From: Octopus sinensis
Lineage: Eukaryota
Length of the DNA stretch: 36,930 nucleotides
Reading direction: 5' to 3'
Assembly: GCF_006345805.1 (NCBI RefSeq)
Contig: NW_021824711.1
Location: 1-36,930, forward strand
The position numbers and the translations under genes were made by a program. Below are positions 23,033 through 34,854 of the stretch, one piece after another. Within the stretch, counting starts at the first letter, position 1; each line of letters starts with the position of its first letter. Below the pieces are notes generated by a model. The model saw only the letters and a program-made list of their open reading frames with translations. It ran no database searches and had not been told where the DNA came from.

Positions 23033-23084
<52 letters not shown>

Positions 23085-23186
23085 GTACATGTTTCTCCTG
23101 CATGTATTCTCTTGTTACTCCTATTAGCAAATGAAATATGTGAATAATTAATAGCAAAACTATTTTCCAATCTCTTGTTTTGATAT

Positions 23187-23465
23187 ACTTTTACTTTTAC
23201 TTTTACTTTTACTTTTACTTGTTTCAGTCATTTGACTGCGGCCATGCTGGAGCACCGCCTTTAGTCGAGCAACTCGACCCCGGGACTTATTCTTTTGTAA
23301 GCCCAGTACTTATTCTATCGGTCTCTTTTGCCGAACCGCTGCGCCCCCAGTCGCGTCGGGGTACTCGGCGTGCGGTCGAGGCGGCGGCGCGCTCGCGCGT
23401 CGTCCGTCTTGGCCGTGCCGCCGGCGTTTCTCCGGCCGACCTTAGGCGGGCGTCGGCAACGTCAA
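23187..23465 (-). mobile_element. Chimeric insertion specific to copy C: SINE 3' end fused to a 125-nt GC-rich segment
   Basis: 23188-23340 is the reverse complement of the last 150 nt or so of the SINE at 12760-13183 with a (GTAAAA)n tail. 23341-23465 is 76% GC and unrelated to that SINE. Confidence 0.85.
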
Positions 23466-23845
23466 CTGCAAAAAAATATACTCCATGCATACCTCACCTC
23501 AAGCAAATATGAGTAACAGAATAAGCAGATGAGCTGCAAGAGAACACACTTTGGATTTTAACCCTATCTGGAATATATATATACATATGCACACACACAC
23601 ACACACACACACACATGTATAGACAGACAGACAGATAGATAGATAGATAATTAAGTCTCATAACAGCCAATTCATGTTACAAAACAGTTTCATGCTGAAG
23701 AACCTTTCAAGTGCAGAAATGTAAATTGTCAATCATTGGGCATGAGTGATTGAAATGTATTTTTTGACTGGTGAAAACTTATTGGAAAACTATATATAGC
23801 ATTATTAAATCTCAGAACGAGATGTAAACAGTAATCACTCGACTA

Positions 23846-24058
23846 TGTAAAGTATAATAGCCATCTCAATATGGCTAACCACAAAGTGGGGTGTTACTGT
23901 AGCTTTTTAGCCCCAGGAGATCATCGTCTCCAGCTGGCTTTAGGCACACTATCTGTGCCCTTATGGTATTTGCAAAAGAGACAATGATCTCCTGGGGCTA
24001 AAAAGCTACACTAACACCCCACTTTGTGGTTAGCCATATTGAGATGGCTATTATACTT

Positions 24059-24062
<4 letters not shown>
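23846..24062. mobile_element. MITE/foldback element with 85-bp inverted arms and TA flanks
   Basis: 23846-23930 is the reverse complement of 23978-24062 with 2 mismatches. TA on both sides suggests the Tc1/mariner superfamily. Confidence 0.85.
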
Positions 24063-24800
<738 letters not shown>

Positions 24801-25249
24801 TTCAACAATTGAGGGTAAAATTAATTAATTATTAATCAATTTCACCAAGTATTCAGTATGTAAAGGGACCATTTAAGGCGAATTCAAAATATTACATTTT
24901 ATAAAGGGCTTAGTAAAATAAAGTTCAGTATGTGGCAAAGTAATTTATTTTACTAAGCCCTTTATAAAATGTAATATATATATATATATTGATGTACATA
25001 TATATTTATAAGTATATTTCATATATGTGTTAATCTTGATGTAATATTTATCAAATAACTAACGAGATTATGAATTAGCTGTAAATGAATGGAATAACCA
25101 TTTATTCTTTCACTTATTCATATACATACTCTCCACCATTGTAATTCCTCTATTTTCAGAATGATGCTAAGGCTTATCCCAACCTTAACCATAGTCATTC
25201 TTGTTACCCAAAGAGCTTAATGTGAGCTCTGTTTGACTCTTGGAATCCC

Positions 25250-25286
<37 letters not shown>

Positions 25287-25329
25287 TGTGTGTGTGTATG
25301 ACATTGAGAGAGAGAAAAAGAGAGACAAC

Positions 25330-25482
25330 GGTCTTTTTTGCAGTTTATGTTGACCAAATCCACTCACAAGGCTTTGGTAAGCCCAAGGCCAAGTCCATAG
25401 TAAAAGACACTTGCCCAAGGTGCAGCACAGTGGGACTGAGCCTGAGATGAAGCTTTTTAACCACACTTCTAGACATGCACCT
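25330..25482 (-). mobile_element. tRNA-SINE 5' portion (diverged)
   Basis: Reverse complement of the SINE head (aaatccactcacaaggctttgg...gacacttgcccaaggtgc...cagtgggactga). Confidence 0.7.
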
Positions 25483-25524
25483 ATACATACATACATACAT
25501 ACATACATACATACATACATACAT

Positions 25525-25607
<83 letters not shown>

Positions 25608-25857
25608 GACTGTGACATTATGCTGTTCGTTCTTGACATAAATTCTTCAACAGCATAAATACCGTATTCCATTCTGTTGCAACCCCAATACAAACCTCAA
25701 CTGTGTCATGGTGTGGAGAGGATGTAGAGGAGGAGAAGGTGCATCATGATGGTGGTGGTGGTGACAGTGGCAGTGGCGATGATCATGATGATGATATCAA
25801 CAATGGTGATGATGATGATGATGGAGATGATGATTTTAAAAGGATGTTAGCTCTCAC

Positions 25858-25874
25858 CTGTTGATGAAGATGAC
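25858..25874 (-). CDS. Candidate 17-nt micro-exon encoding SSSST(G)
   Basis: cgtatttcttttcttcatttatgcAG|G TCA TCT TCA TCA ACA G|GTGAGA. Its phase 1 end matches the linker exon's phase 1 start. Confidence 0.55.
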
Positions 25875-26509
25875 CTGCATAAATGAAGAAAAGAAATACG
25901 TTTATGCAATAATAATAATAATAATGATGATGATGATGATAACAATCCTTTCTATTATTAGCACAAGGCCTCCATACAGTTGGCTTTAGCAGGATTTGAA
26001 CTCAGAACATAAAGAGTCAGAAAAAATACAATGAAGTATTTTTTTCTTTTGTGCTAATGATTCTACAATAAACCCCAGCGTATATTATTTGACACATACA
26101 TGCAAAGAGACTTAGAAATAAAAAATACCACAAGATCCATAATGTAGAAAGAAAAATAAAGTAGAAAGAAAAAACAGATATAGTGAATCAGGAATGCAGA
26201 CAAATACTATAGAAATGCAGTTTAAAAGAAATAAGAAGCAAACAATATCAAAGAGCACGTTGCAGAAAAGATCGTCGTTAAATCTCAAAGAATCTGTTTT
26301 TATGAAAAGGGACAGTGATTCTTCATGCAAAACAAACAGTTTGACTCCAACAGAAAACGTTTTTATCAAGAACTTGGTAAAAAACAAAACAGAAATCAAT
26401 AGAATATCAGCAGTATATGAACAGTATATATTCTATGTACTGTTTGTGTAGGTTACGTTTCCTGATGAGTTGTAATGCACCTGAGCACTGTATACAATAA
26501 GTTCATTAT

Positions 26510-26575
<66 letters not shown>

Positions 26576-26599
26576 ATATAGTACGTTTAAATATTTGTT

Positions 26600-26807
26600 G
26601 TACAAAATGGCTGACGGTTAGTAAGGAGAGACACAAATAAGAAAGAAGAAAACAAAGGAGCACTGACGCGGTCACAGGAGTGTGACGAAAGAACTCTGGC
26701 CGAAATAAGATTAAGATTAATGTAAAAAATAAATAACACTGAAGCAAAATAACACCAAATATATAGTGCGTGTGTTTTTATTGGCTAAACTGGCAATATG
26801 ACCATTC

Positions 26808-26810
<3 letters not shown>
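26600..26810 (+). repeat. About 210-bp TA-associated interspersed repeat with a hammerhead-like core; second copy at about 31255-31465
   Basis: Two highly similar copies in the window, both abutting (TA)n tracts. Confidence 0.8.
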
Positions 26811-26869
<59 letters not shown>

Positions 26870-27096
26870 TTTAATGGGGAGGGGTGTGAACAACAAAGAA
26901 AGTGCCACAAAAGTTGTAAAAAAAAAGAAAATCATTTTTGTCCATAATGATGTCTTCTACAGATCAGTAACCTAACAATTGCAAAAATTGTTGTTATTAC
27001 AACACATGAAATAATAACACTTTTTATCTATGCAAAAACTTGGAAATTTGGGTGCTAATAAATTTTCCCTTTAAATTCTCTGGAAAAATTTGGCAA

Positions 27097-27197
<101 letters not shown>

Positions 27198-27262
27198 AAA
27201 TGTAACCGGGTGTGTATCGTTGGCGATTTTCTTGCCCTTCCTTGGACCTTTCCTTTTTCTAT

Positions 27263-27297
27263 ATTTCTGACAAAGAGCTCCGCTCGAAACGTTAAAT
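27263..27297 (+). ncRNA. Degenerate minimal type I hammerhead ribozyme-like motif
   Basis: attt-CTGACAA-A-GAGC-tcc-GCTC-GAAA-CGTT-aaat. Stem II, the GAAA box and a palindromic stem III are present; core G8 is changed to A. Confidence 0.4.
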
Positions 27298-27417
27298 CCT
27301 CCTTCTTTCTTTCTTTTCCTGAGCGTCCAATAACACTATACTTGTTCCACATCCTTGCGTTGTTGTATTTTCTCTATGTTCATGTTTGGAGTAACTATAT
27401 ATATATATATATATATA

Positions 27418-29241
27418 TCATCATCATCATCATCATCGTTTAACGTCCGCTTTCCATGCTAGCATGGGTTGGACGATTTTGACTGAGGGCTGGTGAACCA
27501 GATGGCTGCACCAGACTCCAGTCTTGATCTGGCAGAGGTTCTACAGCTGGATGCCCTTCCTAACACTAACCACTCCGAGAGTGTAGTGGGTTCTTTTTAC
27601 ATGCCACCGGCATAGAAGCCAGTTAGCCACTCTGGCAACGATCACGCTCAGATGGTGCTCTTGGCACCCTACTAACATGGGCACAAGTGCCAGTAAGGTG
27701 ACGCTGGAAATGATCACTCGAACGGTGCCTTTTATATGCCACTGGCACAGAAGTCGGTTAGCCACTCTGTCAACGATCCCATTCGTATAGTGCTCTTTGC
27801 ACCCCGCTAGCATGGATGCCAGTCATCAAATTTGATTTTGATTTCACTTGCCTCAACAGGTCTTCGCAAGCAGAGTTTAGTGTCCAAAAAAGGAAAAGGT
27901 ACGCATTAGTGGGCTGGTTACGCTCCTGGCATAGGCCACGGGTTATGGTCTCATTTGGCTTGCCGGGTCTTCTCAAGCACAGCATATTTCCAAAAGTCTT
28001 GGTCACTAGTCATTGCCTCGGTGAGGCCTAATGTTCGAAGATCGTGCTTCACCACTTCATCCCAGGTCTTCCTGGATCTACCTCTTCCACAGGTTCCCTC
28101 AACCACTAGGGTGTGGCTCTTTTTCACACAGCTATCCTCATCCATTCTCACCACATGGCCATACCAGTGCAGTTGTCTCTCTTGCACACCACATCTGATG
28201 CTTCTTAGGTCCAACTTTTCTCTCAAGGTACTTACCCTCTGTCAAGTATGCGCACTGACATTACACATCCATCAGATCATACTGGCTTCATTCCTTGTGA
28301 GCTTACGCATGTCCTCAGCAGTCACAGCCCATGCTTCACTGCCATGTAGCATGGCTGTTCGCACACATGCGTCATACAGTCTACTTTTTACTCTGAGCAA
28401 GAGGCCCTTTATCACCAGCAGAGGTAAGAGCTCTCTGAACTTTGCCCAAGCTATTCTTATTCTAGCAGCTACACTTTCAGCGCACCCTCCCCCGCTACTG
28501 ACTTGGTCACCTATGTAACGGAAGCTTTCAACTATTTCTAGTTTTTCTCCCTGGAATGTGGCGCAAGTTGTTCTCTGCACATTTTCAGTGTTTATTGCTC
28601 CCGAGCATCTACCACATACAAAAACTATCTTCCCAGTAAGTCTTCCTTTGATATTACTGCACCTCTTATGTGTCCATAGCTTACACTGGGTACATCTTAT
28701 AGAGTTTCTACCTACGCCTCTACTACAGATTGAGCAGGGCCATCTACCTGAAGGGATTTGTGGTTTGCCTGCCTTCCTACTTATTAGGACTTTAGTTTTA
28801 GCTAGGTTGATTCTAAGGCCCTTCAATTCTAATCCTTGTTTCCACACTTGAAACTTCTCCTCTAGTTCTGATAGTGACTCAGCAATTAGAGCAAAGTCAT
28901 CAGCATAGAGGAGCTCCCAGGGGGATCCTATCTTGAATTCCTCCATTATTGCCTGGCCGACTATGTTAAATACAAGGGAGCTGAGGACTGAACTTTGGTG
29001 GACCCCTACATCTACCCTAAATTCTTCAGTGTACTCGTTGCCAACCCTCACCTTGCAGATAGAATCCCTGTACATGGCTTGCACAGCTTTCACTAACCAT
29101 TCATCTTTCCCTAGTTTCCTCATTGACCACCAGATAAGGGATCGGGGGACCCTGTCAAAGGCTTTCTCCATGTCAATGAAAGCCAGGTACAGGGGCTTAT
29201 CTTTGGCTAGGTATTTCTCCTGCAGCTGTCTTACCACAAAT
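27418..29241 (-). mobile_element. 5'-truncated RTE-clade LINE with a long open RT frame
   Basis: About 320 uninterrupted codons (29241-28272) with LAFIDMEKAFDRVPR, GVHQSSVLS and ELLYADD. A frameshifted C-terminus (QERQLHWYGHVVRMDE) follows, then a 3' UTR and (ATG)n tail. Confidence 0.92.
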
Positions 29242-29369
29242 ATATATATATATGCACACACACACACAATACACACACTCTCACACACACACACGCATGC
29301 ATACACACACATACACACACATACGCGCACACATGCACACACACACACACACACACACATGATGAGCCT

Positions 29370-29522
29370 CCTCAGCTCCCAACCACCAAATCCATTCACG
29401 AGGCTTTGTCGGCCTGGTGCTATAACAAAAGACATTTGCACCCAAGGTGCCACACAGCGGGACTGAACATGGAACCATGCCATTAGGAACCAAACTTCTT
29501 ACCACACAATCACACCTATGCC
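29370..29522 (-). mobile_element. tRNA-SINE 5' portion
   Basis: Reverse complement of the SINE head (ccaaggtgccacacagcgggactgaacatggaaccatg). Confidence 0.7.
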
Positions 29523-29842
29523 TAAAGAAAGAAATTATCAAAACTAACCCTGTTCATATTAAAAGCGAAATACTCCAATAAACTTCCTTTCTTCTCTTCT
29601 GTTCTATTTGGTGCTTACATATTTTATGATATGCTAGACTAAATGAAATTCTGAAGCAAATTCCATGGAATGACAATCAAATGGCATATGTGTATGAAAA
29701 TGAACAATAAACACTGTTACAGACAACATATGGATTGTGTCGGGTGATTGACATTAAAGTAGGTTTAGAAAAATGTGCTTTAACAACACGAAAGAGAGGG
29801 AAAATAATTTTTCTTAAATGATTGAAATATTGTAATATATAA

Positions 29843-30148
29843 TCTTTATATATAAAATTGAAGTTGTGTGTGTGAGACTCTGTCTCCTCCGATTTAGATT
29901 CCTAACTACTCCCACATTTTGCGGTGCAGTTTAACCAAAAGCGGGTATCTTATAGTCGTTATTCATATCGAACCCTTCTGGGTATTAGCACGCGTCTACG
30001 ATGAGTCTACGATTTAAAAAAAATTTACCATCATTTTTCTGCATTTTTAATGATTTTTGCTCGGGTTATATAAGGGAAGTAACTCTCTAAAAATGCTTAT
30101 ATAGTTATTTCCCTTACAAACCCAAGCAACGCCGGGCGATACTGCTAG
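29843..30148 (+). mobile_element. Non-autonomous Helitron
   Basis: 5' A|TCTTTATATATAAAA, subterminal hairpin cccaagcaacgccggg, 3' CTAG|T. Inserted between A and T with no TSD. Confidence 0.85.
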
Positions 30149-30327
30149 TATTAGATAAAAGAAACAAGGGTAAGAGAATTAGAACAAGCACAAAATTATA
30201 ACTACTTAGAACTTATGAACATATAAATGAAAGAAAATCTTAGAATGAAATATTCTGGATGTATGTATTAGATTAAAACTTAAAGCAAAACTAAATGCCA
30301 AAAATAATATATGTACTAAATTTGATG

Positions 30328-30512
30328 GTGGCCATGCAGGAGCACCACAATTTAGTGGAAGAAACTGACCCCTGGACTTATTCCCTATAAGCCTGGTGCT
30401 TATTCTATCTATCACTCTCTTCTGCTGAACAGCTAAGTTACAGGGACACAAACACACCAACATCAGTTGTCAAGCGATAGTGGTGATGAGACAAAAACAG
30501 ACACAAACACAG
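30328..30512 (-). mobile_element. Diverged SINE 3' half
   Basis: Similar to the reverse complement of the SINE body and tail (ggccatgcaggagcacc; gctaagttacagggac; ccaacatcagttgtcaagc). Confidence 0.65.
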
Positions 30513-30545
30513 ACTCATACATACATACATACATACATACATACA

Positions 30546-30579
<34 letters not shown>

Positions 30580-31020
30580 CATACATATATACATACATAT
30601 ATATATACAAATAATATATATCAGAATGATAGCAATAATGGCAGTGGTAGGAATAACAGTAATAGCAATAATGGTAGTAGTAGTGGTGGTGGAAGTGGTG
30701 GTGGTAACAGTAGAAGTAGTAATGATAGTACTAGTGATAGTTGTGGTGGTAATAGTAATAATAGTAGTAGTGGTGGTAATGATAGTGGTAATGGTGGCAA
30801 CATATGACAGAAGAGGATCCCCATAAACTGGTTACAATATAAACAAAACTGAAAACATAATAAAATAAAATACACAAATGGAAGTAAATAACTATATACA
30901 TTTTTTTTATTTTTATTTTTATTTTTTTATTTAATCATTTATTTTATTTTTTTATTTAATCATTTATTTTATTTTTATTATTATTACTATTATTGTTGTT
31001 ATACATACATACATGCATAC

Positions 31021-31069
<49 letters not shown>

Positions 31070-31680
31070 GTGGGTGTAAACACATGAACAAAATAAGAAT
31101 AAACAAAAACAAAAACAAATTACATGAACGTATATAAACAGAAGATACAAATATTACAGGCATTCCCCCCCCACACACACACACATGCACACTAACTAAA
31201 CACAGACGCACATAGAGATATACGCATGCACAAATGAAGACACATACAATAGAAATACAAAATGGCTGATGGTTAGTAAGGAGAGACACACAAATAAGAA
31301 AGGAGAAAGCAAAGGACCACTGATGCGGTCACAGGAGTGTGACGAAAGAACTCTGGCCGAAATAAGATTAAGATTAATGTAAAAAATAAATAACGCTGAA
31401 GCAAAGTAACACCAAATATATCGTGCATGTGTTTTTATTGGCTAAACTGGCAAAATGACCATTCCTAAATTCAACAATATATCTATATATATATAATATA
31501 TATATATGACAGGCTTGGAGGTAGTGGTGACGCTGGCTGGTTCGATTTTGTGGTTTCCTGGTATGCTAAGAGAGATCCAGTGGGACCCTTAGTGGTTCCC
31601 CGTTCTTAAAGGTATAATGTGGATGTGCAATGATGGAGTGGATGGTGTGGTGGTGATGCTAGCTGGTGCAGTGGTCTTAC

Positions 31681-32260
31681 TCACAGTACTTCATGGTAGA
31701 CTATATTTTGTGTGTATGTTACATAACGTTTTTGGCCTTGTCTGTTGTCCCAATTGAATGTCATAACTCTTACTTTGATATTGTTCATAGCTCATGCTCT
31801 TGAAACTGCGACATATAATTGGCCATGAGAAAATACCAGTTGAGGCAAATGTATTCCAACTTTTTCAAATGTTTGCCCTTGAGCCTAATTAATTGTCATT
31901 GAATATGCAAGTCGAAGTGGAAACAGAAGTCTGTTTAGTGTGAATGGAATATTTGCATCTCTTGGGCTAAGTTTAATTCTAGGAATTAGAACTGTACGAC
32001 CTCTGTTAGAGCCTGTTACCAATGATGCCTCTACACAATGTTCATGAAGTTTTTGCACTTTCATGCGAGTTCCATTACATAATCCTTGACTGATTGAAAG
32101 ATTTCTTAGCAGCCTTACAATAGACCCTACTTTTAAGTTGAGGTGATGAGGAGGCATACCAGATGGAGTGAGTGAGTTTATGAATTCAAATGGATAGCTC
32201 TGAACCTCCTCTTCATTATTGCAGGACACTGAATCCGTGCTTAAGTACGTTTTAAGTGCC
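31681..32260 (-). mobile_element. Helitron RepHel (PIF1-like) helicase C-terminal fragment, pseudogenised
   Basis: YPFEFINSLTPSGMPPHHLNLKVGSIVRLLRNL..GLCNGTR...[42 protein letters not shown]...NIVYHEVL*. Two internal stops, no frameshift seen. Confidence 0.9.
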
Positions 32261-32522
32261 TCTGGTATAATATTAAGAACTTTTTCATTTATTGCAAGAC
32301 AGAATTTTTAGGAGATAAAATTACTCGTTTTTCCATTTTTTCTGGCATGCAGTTGTTGAAAATTTCTGGGTACAAATGTACAAATTGAAAAGCAAAAGAA
32401 CAAAATAATAAATGGATTTATGAATGAAAGTTTGATAATTGCGTTTATTTCCACTACGCGACACTTATTATTGCAATCATGTTTTAACTAGCCTATACTA
32501 TACACACACATACACAAATACA

Positions 32523-32558
<36 letters not shown>

Positions 32559-33140
32559 TCAAGTTGTAGCTGTAATTCAAAGGGGCCAGCCTTGCCCAGT
32601 ATTTGCTGTGTCTATGTATCTATGAACATGGGTGTTTCATTCAACATCCTTAACCCTTTCGTTACCGTATTTATTTTGAGATGCTCTGAGTTGCTTTCAA
32701 TTATTTTAAATATAACAAAGAATTTAGTAAAATAACTTAGCTATCATTAAGCTAGTGTTAGGAATATAAATTGCAACTAAGGTTTGGTGGTATATTTTGA
32801 TGCAAAACTTATGAAAACAAGACATTTGTACTACAGAGCCAGAGCCGGTTTTGGCTGGGTTAGTAACGAAAGGGTTAAACAACTCTTGTTCAGGGAACTT
32901 TTGAGTGGGATAGGCTACTCAAGCTGAAGAAAATTCTAATTGGGCCCTACCTTCAAGGTCATGTGCTGTTAATCTTGATATGAGATCACCATGTCGAGCA
33001 CATATTGTTGTAATGCATGTGTCTAGTGTACCCTTATCTGATGGGTAGTAATGATGGGTATACTGGGCTTTGTATATTTTACCCCAGAGTCACTTTGATG
33101 GCATACACTGCTCTCTCACTCAATAATAATAATAAATGCC

Positions 33141-33285
33141 AGTGATTGTAGGGACACTTGAAATGATCAAAAAAGGAACTGGAAATAATTTGAGGATAAT
33201 CCCTGGCTTGCCATCCATGCAGGAAGTGTAAAAGATTGTCTTAATTGGTACGTCACATGTATTGAGAAGAGCATTGTCGCTATGA
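33141..33285 (+). mobile_element. R4/Dong-like 3' fragment
   Basis: VIVGTLEMIKKGTGNNLRIIPGLPSMQEV*KIVLIGTSHVLRRALSL*, following a short (AAT) run. Confidence 0.6.
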
Positions 33286-33689
33286 ATTTTCTTTTTTTTT
33301 CCCCTTTATTTTTATTTTCATTGTTTTCTTTTTTTTCGTCTTCTTTCCTTTTTCTCTCTGTCTTCCTTTCTTTCTGTCTTTCAATTTGGTGTCATTATTT
33401 TAATAGCCTACCAATGTCTACAGTGAGTTTCTTTGCCCTAGGTGTCAGGAAGACACTCGGCAAGAAATGGAAATAAAATTGAAAGAAGATGATGATGATG
33501 ATGGTAATAATTTCTTTTCTAAGCCACAGGATCATAGATGAGGTGGACAACACAAGGACAAACAGCAATTTATGTAGGGATTTACATAAAGGATGAAGAG
33601 AAAGACACGGAAAAGATAGTGAAATGTGATAAAAGTATACATAGTATACAAAGTATGTGATAACATGAACTCCAGCTAGGGCCAATCAG

Positions 33690-34300
33690 AGAACCTCATA
33701 GACCCAGGATTACTCTGACCCCCAAAGCATGAACCCTTTCTCATGTTTTCCCCATCAACACGCACATACTTAGAGCAGAGCCACTCACTCTAAACATTTT
33801 TGCCACTGCCACCCATCTTTTCACAAAGTCACTGGGAGGTAGCACTTCCCTCTCCACCCTCACTTTCCTTTCCGAGTGGAACTTGAAAAGGTCAATGAGT
33901 GCTTGACCAAAGAGGAAGGTGTCTTTCCTCAATCTTTTCAACCTCCACTACCCACCCTGCCTTATCAAAGGTGGGTGACAGGGTAATTCTCACAATGGAC
34001 TCAGCAGATAGTTGGACTCATCCCACATGAGTTAACAGCTGTTTGTCATAACTCCATAAGCCAGCAATACTCGGCGGATACTGCATGAGTGAATGCAGAA
34101 CAGTCTCATTGTGCTGAGCATATCTCAGAGAGTCCTCTCTGACAGTACTTCCATGCTTGTAGAGTTTATCTCTAACTCACAGTGCTTCTTGGGTAACACT
34201 GCCAGACCAGGGATTTCTGGAAATTATCCATAGTAGCACCCAGCTCAAAAGTCCTCTGAAATAGACCAGCTAGTTCATCCTTGTCAACACCTAGAGTTTC
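33690..34300 (-). mobile_element. L1/Tx1-type LINE 3' fragment
   Basis: ETLGVDKDELAGLFQRTF and LIDLFKFHSERKVRVEREVL; homologous to 2040-2957. Confidence 0.7.
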
Positions 34301-34386
34301 AGTGAACAATAAATATAATAACAACAACAACAACAACAACAACAATAATAATAACAATAATAATAACAATAATAATAATAATAATA

Positions 34387-34820
34387 AGACCTACCAAAAA
34401 CTGAGCAAATATAAAGATCTTGAAATAGAAATCAGCAAAATGTGGAAGCTGAAGACCAAAACAATACCTGTTGTCATAGGTGCCCTGGGAATGATAGCGA
34501 AAGGGACTGATTGCTACCTAACTCAGATACCAGGAAACCCCAAAATGGCAGAAATTCAAAAGATAGTGCTCATGGGAACTGCTCATATCCTACGCAAAAT
34601 ACTCTCTATGTAATCCCAAGGTTTAAAACAAACTTTTTTTTTATTTTTTTTAGTTTTTTTTTTTTTGTTTATTTTTTTATTTTTATGTATTAGACATTCA
34701 CTAGTAAAATATCAAAAAAAACAAAATATACGGCACAGAACTTCTAACCTGTTGTCTCTTGAGGTCTCTGGGTGAGACTTGGAGCCAACTTGTACAGACA
34801 TAAAGCAAAAGTCAAACATA

Positions 34821-34830
<10 letters not shown>
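34387..34830 (+). mobile_element. R4/Dong-like 3' fragment plus 3' UTR, flanked on both sides by (AAT)n
   Basis: KTYQKLSKYKDLEIEISKMWKLKTKTIPVVIGALGMIAKG...IQKIVLMGTAHILRKILSM* is the C-terminal RLE region. Confidence 0.8.

Positions 34831-34854
<24 letters not shown>

Larger units (their letters stand above)
20488..23797. repeat. Segmental repeat copy C (about 3.3 kb, intact linker and CBM14 exons)
   Basis: Colinear with copy B; joined to it through a short (TA)n tract. Confidence 0.93.

Noticed and set aside
23341-23465. GC-rich segment as a CpG-island promoter or an rRNA gene
   Set aside because: Only 125 nt, private to one duplicate and fused to a SINE tail. No conserved rRNA core sequence was recognised, so it is reported only as a captured fragment of unknown origin.
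26455-26500. CTGATGAG as a possible hammerhead core
   Set aside because: No downstream stem II plus GAAA on that strand, and the opposite strand has GAAAC but no CUGANGA.
30610-30800. Degenerate triplet tract that reads Thr-rich on the minus strand
   Set aside because: It looks like a decayed (GTA/GTG/ATA) microsatellite, and no acceptor/donor pair was found around it.
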